Source of the DNA: a virus
Strand: one strand, 5' to 3'
IMG/VR virus record: IMGVR_UViG_3300045988_126024
DNA: 52,990 nucleotides
Of the stretch, positions 7,832 to 15,433 are shown piece by piece. Numbering within the stretch: position 1 is the first letter of the stretch; every line of letters begins with the position of its first letter. Position numbers and translations under genes: made by a program. Below the pieces are notes generated by a model. The model ran no database searches and had not been told where the DNA came from. It was given only the letters and a program-made list of their open reading frames with translations.

Positions 7832-8374
7832 CTATGCGTAAATATCAAGTACGCTGTTGTCAATCAAGATTAAGTCGCTCGGATTGCAATGGTAAAAGTC
7901 TGCAAGTTTCATCAGTTGGTAGGGCGTGGGCAAACAAAATCCGTTTTCAAACTTTGACAGCATAGGCGTATCAAAAGCCTTGTCAAACTTTCGCATATAC
8001 TCAACAACTTCACTTTGATACCTGCCTTGCTCACATCTCACTACTTTAAGGTTATTAAAAATGCTTGTCTGCAATGCTTCCGTATCGTTACTTAAAATCC
8101 TGTTGATTTTGCCAAGCGGCGCAAAGTTGCTTTTTGCCTTTGCCATAATCTCTTTCTTAAAGCGCTTGATTTCGTTAATATCGTCTGTCTTGTAAAATCC
8201 TTTTCCGTGACCGCTGCGAATAATAACAAAATTGTCTCCGCTGTCCCACATACTCAACTGGTGCAATTTCTGCCGTACTTGTCTTTCGTTCATACCCCAT
8301 TGAGCACATAGTGCGGGATATGTAACGGCGTTTTCTCGCCCTACTGGGATTGAATTATAGTAGTATTCAAGCAT
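7832..8374 (-). CDS. Hypothetical DNA-binding protein (winged-helix N-domain, XRE-like HTH C-domain)
   Basis: The C-terminal segment QSEVVEYMRKFDKAFDTPMLSKFENGFCLPTPYQLMKLADFY resembles HTH_3. Confidence 0.45.
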   Translation of the reverse strand: MLEYYYNSIPVGRENAVTYPALCAQWGMNERQVRQKLHQLSMWDSGDNFVIIRSGHGKGFYKTDDINEIKRFKKEIMAKAKSNFAPLGKINRILSNDTEALQTSIFNNLKVVRCEQGRYQSEVVEYMRKFDKAFDTPMLSKFENGFCLPTPYQLMKLADFYHCNPSDLILIDNSVLDIYA

Positions 8375-8388
8375 TTTTTATCACTCCT

Positions 8389-8802
8389 TTAGAATGGTAA
8401 GTCGTCGTTCTCGTCTACGATTTCCTCAAAGTCGCTGTTATCATCAGGCGCAACATTCAAGTTAGCATTTGCGTTGCTTTGCTGTTTGCCACCGCAAAAT
8501 GAAACATTGTTTGCGACTACATCAACCGACTTTCTTTTGTTGCCGTCTTTGTCCGTAAAGTTGTTTGTTTGAATGCTGCCCTCAACGCCTATCATATCGC
8601 CTTTGTGAAAATATCGGCTAATAAAATCGGCGGTGCTCCGCCAAGCAACGCAATCAATAAAATCTGCTTGCCGCTCCTGTCCTTGCGCCTGATAATTTCT
8701 ATCGCAGGCAATCTGAAACCGAATAACAGAAACGCCACTCGGTGTTGTTTTGAGTTCAGGCTCATAGGTCAATCGTCCTGTTAGTGCTACTGTGTTAATC
8801 AT
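8389..8802 (-). CDS. ssb: Single-stranded DNA-binding protein
   Basis: Has the OB-fold N-terminus MINTVALTGRLTYEPELKTTPSGVSVIRF and the acidic tail DDLPF. Confidence 0.85.
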   Translation of the reverse strand: MINTVALTGRLTYEPELKTTPSGVSVIRFQIACDRNYQAQGQERQADFIDCVAWRSTADFISRYFHKGDMIGVEGSIQTNNFTDKDGNKRKSVDVVANNVSFCGGKQQSNANANLNVAPDDNSDFEEIVDENDDLPF

Positions 8803-8939
8803 CTTTTTTTCTCGCTTTCTTCCTTTTTGTCAGGAATATATGCAAAGTGTGCCAGTCTGCCGCACTCCGCACATCTTGTTGTGTCGTCGTCTGTTTCAAA
8901 TTCGTTGCTTCCGCAGGTGCATTGTTTTACTACCCACAT
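8799..8939 (-). CDS. Small zinc-ribbon ORF (46-48 aa)
   Basis: Hand-translated as MWVVKQCTCGSNEFETDDDTTRCAECGRLAHF... Has a GAGGTG SD and its stop overlaps the ssb ATG (ATGA). Confidence 0.3.
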   Translation of the reverse strand: MWVVKQCTCGSNEFETDDDTTRCAECGRLAHFAYIPDKKEESEKKR

Positions 8940-8949
8940 ATACATCACC

Positions 8950-9246
8950 TCACAAATAGTTTTTGCCAAAAATGCTTATGAAGTCGTCCTTGCTCCAGCC
9001 GTAATAGTCCATTGCTTTCTGCTGCACAAGCGCCTTTAATTTATTGCTAACCTTTGCGTCCTTATGAACGGCGTGCCGCCCGAAAATATGGCATTTGTTA
9101 TGGCATAGATATACTTTAAGTCCGTATTTTTCGGATTTGTCACGGTTAAACCCTGAATATACATGGTGACAATCCAACGGGTCACTACTACCATTGCAGC
9201 CGCAAATAAAGCAATGTTCCTTATCGTCTTGAATAATGCTGTTCAT
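8950..9246 (-). CDS. HNH-like zinc-binding small protein
   Basis: Contains CFICGC...CHHVYSG...LCHNKCH...HAVH (Cys/His cluster). Confidence 0.4.
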   Translation of the reverse strand: MNSIIQDDKEHCFICGCNGSSDPLDCHHVYSGFNRDKSEKYGLKVYLCHNKCHIFGRHAVHKDAKVSNKLKALVQQKAMDYYGWSKDDFISIFGKNYL

Positions 9247-9656
9247 CTTTCTGCCACCATTTTCATAACGCCAGCAAAAAAGTTTATATCTTCCTTGTTT
9301 CCAAAGAATTCAGCACGCATAAAAACAAATCTATTGACTTTTTGAAAGTCAGCTCTTGCTTTTACAATATCCTCATGTCTGTGGCTGCACATAAACTGTC
9401 TGCATATCGCAGGACGAATTTTGTAAATCAAGCATTTTCGGGCTGTTTCGTCTCTAAAATGGCAAGTCATATCAACGCCCTGTATCACATTGTGCCGCTG
9501 CTCTTTTATGTGGTGATTTTTTATGTATTCCTTTATTCTCCTTACTTCACATTCAGACAAAGGCAAAAGATTTGAGCAACAACTGCCGCAATTTGAGCAT
9601 TTACCGTCAACGGTAAAATTCGTCACAAAAACATCATCATAATTCACTTTCATCAC
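9243..9656 (-). CDS. YkgJ-family (CxxCxxCC) cysteine-cluster protein
   Basis: Contains CSNCGSCCSNLLPL...CHFRD...CLIYKIRPAICRQF, as in the UPF0153/YkgJ family. Confidence 0.55.
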   Translation of the reverse strand: MMKVNYDDVFVTNFTVDGKCSNCGSCCSNLLPLSECEVRRIKEYIKNHHIKEQRHNVIQGVDMTCHFRDETARKCLIYKIRPAICRQFMCSHRHEDIVKARADFQKVNRFVFMRAEFFGNKEDINFFAGVMKMVAER

Positions 9657-10186
9657 CCCACATTGCTTTTAATCTTTCAATTTCGTTAGGTGTCATTGTT
9701 TCAATGCCCTGTTCCTTGCATTCAAAAATAACGCTATCTAATAACGCACTCATTTGTTCAGTGTTGTAGGTAGACGAGCCATAATAACAACAAATATTTG
9801 TATAGCCCTCTATTTTGCTATCGCCTAAAGGCTCGCAAATCCAGCCAAGACCTTTTACGCTCCAATTTTCGCACCAACTATTTACAGCGTCGTTTCTTAT
9901 AGGTACAATCTCAAAATTATCCCCTATTTCTTTTACTAACTGCTTGTAAATGTCTGTTTTGTCTTGTTTTAAGTGCCAACTTGCCACACAAAACCCAAAA
10001 ATAAGCGTTAGCGTCAAGTGACCGCTTCTTTCTGTACTGCGTGATTTTTATTGATAATTCCTTATCTTTCAAATCATCATAGCCTTGCAGCAAGTTGTCT
10101 TTTTCATTGACGGCAAGCGTTAATTTCGGTTGACCTGATACAAAATCAATATTGCAATCTATCAATTTGCCTGTTAATTCAATCAT
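9637..10186 (-). pseudogene. ninB: NinB/Orf-family recombination mediator split by a 1-nt frameshift in an A4 run
   Basis: N-part ...KKRSLDANAYFWVLCGKLA (compare lambda RNRSLDQNRKLWACLGDVS). C-part in the +1 frame ends ...ERLKAMWGDESEL (compare lambda LEWKARWGDRAA). The junction is at the sense cttAAAAcaag, plus-strand T4 at 9967-9970. Confidence 0.7.
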
Positions 10187-10325
10187 TCTCACCGTCCTGT
10201 TCTATTTTTACATAGCCGTTTGCTTCACAAACACCATTGTCAATTCTTTTTAAGATTTTAATGATTGTGTTGTTTTGCTTTTTAATGTCCTTTAGCAAAC
10301 TAACAACCTCTTTATCAGCGTTCAT
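10179..10325 (-). CDS. Small ORF (48 aa)
   Basis: Hand-translated as MNADKEVVSLLKDIKKQNNTIIKILKRIDNG... GAGGTGA SD. Confidence 0.35.
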   Translation of the reverse strand: MNADKEVVSLLKDIKKQNNTIIKILKRIDNGVCEANGYVKIEQDGEND

Positions 10326-10329
10326 TTTA

Positions 10330-10509
10330 TCACCTCATTTCAAACCATTTTTTGAAATCATTTAAGCAATCAGGACACAAATCAATAAAACAGTTATAAC
10401 AATGGAGTTCCCACGCTATTCCGTATGTATCTATTTTTCCTATTTTTGTAAGTTTAGGTTCTTCATACTCATAAAGTTTTCCGCACCTATCACATTTTTT
10501 AGCATTCAT
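10330..10509 (-). CDS. Small zinc-ribbon ORF (59 aa)
   Basis: Hand-translated as MNAKKCDRCGKLYEYEE...HCYNCFIDLCPDCLNDFKKWFEMR. Confidence 0.4.
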   Translation of the reverse strand: MNAKKCDRCGKLYEYEEPKLTKIGKIDTYGIAWELHCYNCFIDLCPDCLNDFKKWFEMR

Positions 10510-10546
10510 TTAATCAATTCCTTTCTTTTGCTAACAAAACGACGCA

Positions 10547-11215
10547 TTATGTGTCTGCATACTCCCAGTCCTGCGGCTTTTTCTTGCTTTGGTGCTGGTG
10601 CAAAAATACATACTCGCTCTTTGCGCTCATATTCTGCATTAGCCATTCCGACGCTTGTGTATGTGACAAATGCCGTTCAGCAACATACAGTTCATAGCAA
10701 TATTGACCTGCGGCGGTTTTTTCGATTATTCGCTGCTCTAAATCGTCCTCGTCATAGTTCGCTTCAATCATATACAAGTCATAGTCTTTTGCTGTTATTC
10801 CTTGCAAGTGTCCTGTATCTGTTGCATATATAGCCTTTTCGCCGCTTGCAAACACTCTGTAACCGCAGTTTGGCACATTATGATATAACTTGATAGGTGA
10901 TACTTTGAACGCCTTGTAATCGTAAATCTTGCCTATCTCGTACACATCAATGCTTTGCTTCGGTATTCCTGCGTCTACAAGCGGCTTGACAAGCCATTGA
11001 CAGCAGCCAAACCGCAATGTAGGTCTTTCTTGCGCAAGCCTTTTTAATGTTTTCGGCTTGAAATGGTCTGTATGAATGTGAGTAAGTAAAACTATTTGCA
11101 AGTCCTTGTACACACCTTTTAGTGCCTTAAATGATACGCCAACATCAATTAAAATATTGTTGTTTACAACTACTGCGTTCCCTTGACTTCCTGTTGAAAT
11201 AACTTCATATTTCAT
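10547..11215 (-). CDS. MBL-fold metallo-hydrolase
   Basis: Contains GSQGNAVVV...ILIDVG...VLLTHIHTDHF (HxHxDH motif). Confidence 0.75.
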   Translation of the reverse strand: MKYEVISTGSQGNAVVVNNNILIDVGVSFKALKGVYKDLQIVLLTHIHTDHFKPKTLKRLAQERPTLRFGCCQWLVKPLVDAGIPKQSIDVYEIGKIYDYKAFKVSPIKLYHNVPNCGYRVFASGEKAIYATDTGHLQGITAKDYDLYMIEANYDEDDLEQRIIEKTAAGQYCYELYVAERHLSHTQASEWLMQNMSAKSEYVFLHQHQSKKKPQDWEYADT

Positions 11216-11217
11216 TT

Positions 11218-11763
11218 TTACATCACATCACTTTCAAATGCCCATTTATAACCACCTGCCGTTTTATATCCATATAAATTACGACAACAACCTGATATAG
11301 CAGATTGATTTATTCCTGTTATCCTTGCGGCTTGTGATGTGCTTTCGTAACTGCCTACGCAATTCATATCACTGTCAAATTGTGAAACTCTTTTACATAC
11401 TTTTTGCAAATGTGCTTTTTTTCTGTTTTCATTAAGACCATTTGCGTTTGCGTGTAGTTGATTTTCACTATTTGTAGCCCATTCAAGATTATCAGCACGG
11501 TTGTTTTGTTTATTTCCGTCTTTATGATTTACTTGCGGTTTATTATCGGAATTGTTTATAAAGGCTTCTGCTACCAATCTGTGTACGCTAACCAACTTAT
11601 TGAAGAAGTGACACTTTGCATATCCTTTTTTATTTGTGTGCAATTTCATAATTCTCGGTATATTTGGGTGTGCATTACATTTAATTAAACTTCTTACCCT
11701 ACCTAAATTACTAACTTGATATAAACCCTCATAACCTTTAACATCTTTCCAAATTTCTGTCAT
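11218..11763 (-). CDS. Free-standing HNH homing endonuclease (NUMOD4 + HNH_3 + C-terminal HTH)
   Basis: Contains EIWKDVKGYEGLYQVSNLGRVRSL...VNHKDGNKQNNRADNLEWATNSENQ... Confidence 0.8.
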   Translation of the reverse strand: MTEIWKDVKGYEGLYQVSNLGRVRSLIKCNAHPNIPRIMKLHTNKKGYAKCHFFNKLVSVHRLVAEAFINNSDNKPQVNHKDGNKQNNRADNLEWATNSENQLHANANGLNENRKKAHLQKVCKRVSQFDSDMNCVGSYESTSQAARITGINQSAISGCCRNLYGYKTAGGYKWAFESDVM

Positions 11764-11913
11764 TGTAAAACTCCAATAAAAAACCGCAAAGGTACTTGTG
11801 CGGTATCAGCACACTTTCCCAATGCGGAATTAAGCATAATATTAAGTTATTTGTTAAATGTCTGATACCCACTTAACACCTAATATTATATCAAAATAAT
11901 TCCGAATTGTCAA
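11764..11913 (-). promoter_or_regulatory. Consensus promoter plus structured leader of the HNH gene
   Basis: TTGACA (11913-11908), 17 nt, TATAAT (11890-11885). Leader stem GGTATCAG/CTGATACC (11869-11862 / 11809-11802). ACCGCA-N10-TGCGGT followed by T6 lies before the GGAG SD. Confidence 0.6.
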
Positions 11914-11922
11914 TATTTTACA

Positions 11923-12561
11923 TTAAATTTCGTTCATATTAACAACATTTTCAACAGGTGTAGCGTCAACCTCAACAGGCTCGTCCTGCTGTACGACCTC
12001 ATTTTCAAGCGTTTCGCAAATCTGTTTGTACTGTGCCTGTGTTGTCTTTTTGTTAATGCCGTTTTTCTTTGCATATTCTATTGAGTCAATTCCCTTTTCT
12101 TTGCAAATACGAATATATTCGGTGCGATAGTTCGTGATTTTCATACCGCCATTGTTTGAATTTGCGTCGTTATCATCATCTGTTGATATTCCCAAAAATG
12201 AGCCTAAAGCATAACGCTTTGTATAGGTTATAGCAGAACCCTCATCTTGTTTATTTCCGTTGTTCGGCAAATTCAAGGCGTAATAATCGCTTGTAATTGC
12301 TTCACCACTCTTGTGTATCAAAATAATCTGTATTGCTGGTTGTCCTGCTTCATTCGTTCCCATAGGCTCTAACAGAGCAAAATTATCATCATTTTTTATG
12401 TGAGCATAGATTTTGTCGAGTGTTGTATATTCAAACTCGGTTGTCTGCCCTGTTTTTTTACTTGTGTACTTTACTTGTTTGTTATACTTAATTCCTTTGC
12501 AACTATTGATAAGTGCAATCAAATCTTTTGCAAATTCGGGTGATACATTTGTTATCTTCAT
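11923..12561 (-). CDS. ERF-family single-strand annealing recombinase
   Basis: Contains EYTTLDKIYAHIK...GSAITYTKRYALGSFLGISTDDDND, matching the ERF pattern. Confidence 0.7.
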   Translation of the reverse strand: MKITNVSPEFAKDLIALINSCKGIKYNKQVKYTSKKTGQTTEFEYTTLDKIYAHIKNDDNFALLEPMGTNEAGQPAIQIILIHKSGEAITSDYYALNLPNNGNKQDEGSAITYTKRYALGSFLGISTDDDNDANSNNGGMKITNYRTEYIRICKEKGIDSIEYAKKNGINKKTTQAQYKQICETLENEVVQQDEPVEVDATPVENVVNMNEI

Positions 12562-12692
12562 ACGATTTCTATACCTTTCTGTATGATAAATTCCTTAATC
12601 GCAATACGGGATTGTAACAAAATATTTGTACTGATTTTCGCCGTCTGCTTCGTAAACAACAGTAAGTTCCTGCTTTGTTTCTTTCGTGTTAC

Positions 12693-12884
12693 TCAATTTT
12701 CGTTACCTCCAAATTTGTAGTCTTTGAATGAGCCAACTTGCGCCGTCACAAATCCAACAGCTACAAATCGCATAATCAATTTATCTCTATCAATGCCGTG
12801 TTTGTCCGCAAGTCTAATCACTTTTTCTATTGCGTCGGATTGAATTTCAGCAAGTTCGCTGCTAAGTTGTTCATTCATAGTCAT
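12693..12884 (-). CDS. Hypothetical protein
   Basis: Complete ORF that overlaps the upstream gene end. Confidence 0.45.
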   Translation of the reverse strand: MTMNEQLSSELAEIQSDAIEKVIRLADKHGIDRDKLIMRFVAVGFVTAQVGSFKDYKFGGNEN

Positions 12885-13716
12885 AGCCCCCGTTATTCAA
12901 GAATTCTTTAAGTGCTTTCAACTGCGGCATTGTGCCACGCACTGTAAATTTCAATGTGTAGGTTTTTTCTTCCTCAACAGGCGGTGCAATCGGCTCAACT
13001 GTCGGCGGTGCTACTGCTTCAACAACACTTTCAACCTTTGCGGTAGCTTCGGCTTCTGCTTGTTCTCTTGCTTTGCGTTCTTCCTCTTTTGCCTTTGCTC
13101 TTTCAAAAGCCTTGTATCTGTTTGCAACCGCTGTAATGGCGTTTGCTACATTCAAAGACTGCTTGTATTCGTACAAAATATCGTCTTTGTGTTCCTGCGT
13201 GTCAATCAACGCCAAATCATCAGCGATTTTGTCGATAAAGGCTTTCGCCTGTTCCTTTAGGCTTTTCATTGAAGCGGACAAAGTTACATTGATGTTTGCA
13301 TTTTCAAAAACAATCCATTTAATACCGTCTGCAATCTTGCTATTTCGGTATTCATCAAAGTAGCCTTTTACCTCTGCAGTTTTCTGCTCTTTCAGTTCGT
13401 TTTCGACGCTATCAATCTTGCGCTTCAACTCTGTATCAGCCTTTTTGTATGTATCAGATACACAATCCTTGTACACAACTTCAAACTGCTCATACGGTGT
13501 CAGAATTGCCTTTTTGACCGCTTTTCTGCTCGCTTCGTATTCTGCCAACTCCTTGTTGAGTTCAGACCTCACCTTTTTTACATCTTTCACTGTGTCCTCT
13601 GTGCAAACAAGGCGTAAAGCAAAATCAACTTTTGCAGCCACTTCCGCTTTGACCTGCTGCAACTGCTCAACGATAATCGGCAACTGCTTAACAGCAATCA
13701 TTTCCTTTTTGTCCAT
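12871..13716 (-). CDS. DUF1351-like protein of ERF recombination modules
   Basis: 281 aa, coiled-coil rich. The N-terminus IAVKQLPIIVEQLQQVKAEV is typical of this family, and the gene sits next to ERF. Confidence 0.45.
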   Translation of the reverse strand: MDKKEMIAVKQLPIIVEQLQQVKAEVAAKVDFALRLVCTEDTVKDVKKVRSELNKELAEYEASRKAVKKAILTPYEQFEVVYKDCVSDTYKKADTELKRKIDSVENELKEQKTAEVKGYFDEYRNSKIADGIKWIVFENANINVTLSASMKSLKEQAKAFIDKIADDLALIDTQEHKDDILYEYKQSLNVANAITAVANRYKAFERAKAKEEERKAREQAEAEATAKVESVVEAVAPPTVEPIAPPVEEEKTYTLKFTVRGTMPQLKALKEFLNNGGYDYE

Positions 13717-13717
13717 T

Positions 13718-13900
13718 TCAGTTTCCTTTCTTTAAGTCGAAAATTTCTTTCAAGTCGTCAATGTTTGAATAGTTTTCCTTTTTGGATAACGCCAATTCCA
13801 GCATTGATAACTTTTGCTCTGCCTGTACAAGTTGCTCGTAGCGTTTTAATGTAACCTCAACGGTTGTTACACTGTCAAGACCTGTCAAAACTTGCGCCAT
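13718..13900 (-). CDS. Hypothetical small protein
   Basis: Complete ORF with a GAAAGGGG SD. Confidence 0.45.
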   Translation of the reverse strand: MAQVLTGLDSVTTVEVTLKRYEQLVQAEQKLSMLELALSKKENYSNIDDLKEIFDLKKGN

Positions 13901-14009
13901 ACTCTACACCCCTTTCTTTTGCTTTATTTGCAATGTATTCTATTAACCTTGCATTATGTAATTGCTCGCTTTGAATGAGTTTTACAACTACCTTTCTTTT
14001 GCTTCGCAT
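13875..14009 (-). CDS. Small basic ORF (44 aa)
   Basis: AAGGAG lies 8 nt before ATG 14009. Translation MRSKRKVVVKLIQSEQLHNARLIEYIANKAKERG... Confidence 0.3.
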   Translation of the reverse strand: MRSKRKVVVKLIQSEQLHNARLIEYIANKAKERGVEYGASFDRS

Positions 14010-14014
14010 TGTTG

Positions 14015-14221
14015 TTACTCCTTATCCAGTTTTTGAAGTGAATACATATCCTCGTCGGGCACATTAAACACATCTTGAATTGCCTGCCAAAACTCGTGTG
14101 TTCCGCTTCTATGCCCTGTTTCAACAAAGCCGTATGTTGCACGGCTCACGCCAATTTTTGCGGCAAATTCTGCTTGCGTTAGTTTAGTGCCCACTCTGAA
14201 TTGCTTTAGTTTAGTTCTCAT
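14015..14221 (-). CDS. Cro-like XRE-family HTH regulator
   Basis: Contains LKQFRVGTKLTQAEFAAKIGVSRATYGFVETG (HTH_3). Lies in the early operon divergent from the repressor. Confidence 0.7.
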   Translation of the reverse strand: MRTKLKQFRVGTKLTQAEFAAKIGVSRATYGFVETGHRSGTHEFWQAIQDVFNVPDEDMYSLQKLDKE

Positions 14222-14225
14222 TCAC

Positions 14226-14393
14226 TCACCCCCTTTCACTACTTAACTGCTGTACTGTGTTGTTAAGTTCAAACATTTTTGTTTCGCCATGTTCAGCACA
14301 AAGTTGATTGTTAAGGTTAAACACTTCGTCACTCCAATAGCCGTGTGCTCTTATTGCCTTTATTAAGGCTTTTTCATACTCTTTTATAGTCAT
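14226..14393 (-). CDS. Small ORF (55 aa)
   Basis: Hand-translated as MTIKEYEKALIKAIRAHGYWSDEVFNLNNQLCAEHG... Confidence 0.4.
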   Translation of the reverse strand: MTIKEYEKALIKAIRAHGYWSDEVFNLNNQLCAEHGETKMFELNNTVQQLSSERG

Positions 14394-14442
14394 TCATCAT
14401 CAGCCTTTCAAATATGTTTCGTTACGGCGCATGAGAGGGGCG

Positions 14443-14835
14443 TTAAGCCCCTACCTCGCCAAGCATTTGAAAGAAAATAAATTCGGGATTATATGCTGTG
14501 TAACAAGCGATTTCGCAATGTGCTTTGTCGCAAATGTGCCAATTTTTGTTACCTCTCGTCGTGAGTACATCTTTATAAATGATACCTTCGTTGTCGGGGT
14601 CAAAATCGCCTGTTTTTACTGCAATATCAATCAAATATGTCGTGTCGTCGAAATAGTTTTCTGCTTCTTGCATTGCTTCAAGCAGTGTTTGCGCTGTTAA
14701 TGCTTTGTAATAAAGCTCAACGCCAAGAATTTTATAAAAACCGTTTGCTTTCGGTTTGCTTGTGCCACCCGCTTTGGGGTCAAGGCGTATAATGTATTCG
14801 GGTGCTTCTTTAATTGCTTTCTTTGTGATTTTCAT
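14443..14835 (-). CDS. Hypothetical protein, first long gene of the early operon
   Basis: Complete 130-aa ORF with an AGAGGT SD, preceded by an 8-codon uORF (14832..14858). Confidence 0.55.
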   Translation of the reverse strand: MKITKKAIKEAPEYIIRLDPKAGGTSKPKANGFYKILGVELYYKALTAQTLLEAMQEAENYFDDTTYLIDIAVKTGDFDPDNEGIIYKDVLTTRGNKNWHICDKAHCEIACYTAYNPEFIFFQMLGEVGA

Positions 14836-14875
14836 TGTTCTGTACCTCTTTCTTTCATAATCTTAATACCTTTCT

Positions 14876-14965
14876 GTATGGGGGCTTATAGTTCTTTGTG
14901 CCACCTCATTACATCTATTATTATAGCAAAATAACATTTTTTTACAATTCGCAAAATGCACAAAG
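14876..14965 (-). promoter_or_regulatory. Type-1 promoter / 5' stem-loop cassette, copy A (early promoter) with operator-like 23-mer
   Basis: Minus-sense TTGTAA (14947-14942), 16 nt, TATAAT (14925-14920), then a 37-nt stem-loop GTAATGAGGTGGC...GCCCCCATAC (14912-14876) and ACAGAAAGGTA. The 23-mer at 14943-14965 is identical to 19041-19063. Confidence 0.6.
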
Positions 14966-15040
14966 ATAGGCATATTGCTTTGGTAATGTTGCACAAAATG
15001 TACAAATGCTAACAAAATGACACAAAAAAGCAAAAAACAA

Positions 15041-15054
15041 AGGGCGGCTGCCCT
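15041..15054 (-). terminator. Terminator of the 15053..15247 gene
   Basis: Minus-sense AGGGC-AGCC-GCCCT followed by TTTGTTTTTTGCTTTTTT. Confidence 0.5.
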
Positions 15055-15247
15055 ATATCAATTCAATAATCTTGCTTATGTATTGCTCAAATTCTAAATA
15101 TGTAATAAGACCAAATTCTACTGCTATTTCTACTGCTCCGAGTGCTTGAAATGCTAACGCCTTTTTATGCTCTTTATTCCTTGCATTTTTCGCTAATTCA
15201 ATATCAAATTGCAATCTATCTTGAATGGTGCTTCCTGTAGTATTCAA
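15053..15247 (-). CDS. Hypothetical 64-aa protein, monocistronic, divergent from the repressor
   Basis: Complete ORF with its own terminator. It shares the 15248-15433 control region with the CI-like gene. Confidence 0.45.
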   Translation of the reverse strand: MNTTGSTIQDRLQFDIELAKNARNKEHKKALAFQALGAVEIAVEFGLITYLEFEQYISKIIELI

Positions 15248-15433
15248 ATGCTACACCTCGTTACATTATTCAGTTTATTGCCAACCTTGTTTATCATTAT
15301 ACTAATATATCTTTTCATAATCAATAGAAAAAAGCAACAAATGTTCGCACATTGCAACTATAATGTTGCACAAAGATACACATTGTTATCAATTTATGAT
15401 AAGATGTATAAAAATGGGGAGGTGATATATCCA

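Noticed and set aside
7635-7832. 65-aa minus-strand ORF
   Set aside because: It spans the consensus promoter and structured leader of the GIY-YIG gene. It has no SD and a hydrophobic, junk-like sequence.
11764-11922. Group I intron hypothesis for the endonuclease cassettes (also 7643-7831 and 29878-30020)
   Set aside because: The flanking genes each end and start with their own stop codon and SD/ATG, so no exon is interrupted. The conserved upstream block is explained by a consensus promoter plus leader. I could not recognise hammerhead, twister or group I core motifs.
12576-12590. Possible sixth type-1 cassette upstream of the ERF gene
   Set aside because: Only the SD block ATACAGAAAGGTA is shared. 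There is no G-rich/C-rich stem-loop. The promoter there is an extended -10 type (TGtTACAAT).
13954-14142. 62-aa minus-strand ORF
   Set aside because: It overlaps the Cro-like HTH gene in another frame and lacks an SD.
15209-15433. N-terminal extension (75 codons) of the repressor ORF
   Set aside because: It runs through the divergent promoter/operator region. A strong SD precedes the internal ATG at 15434.
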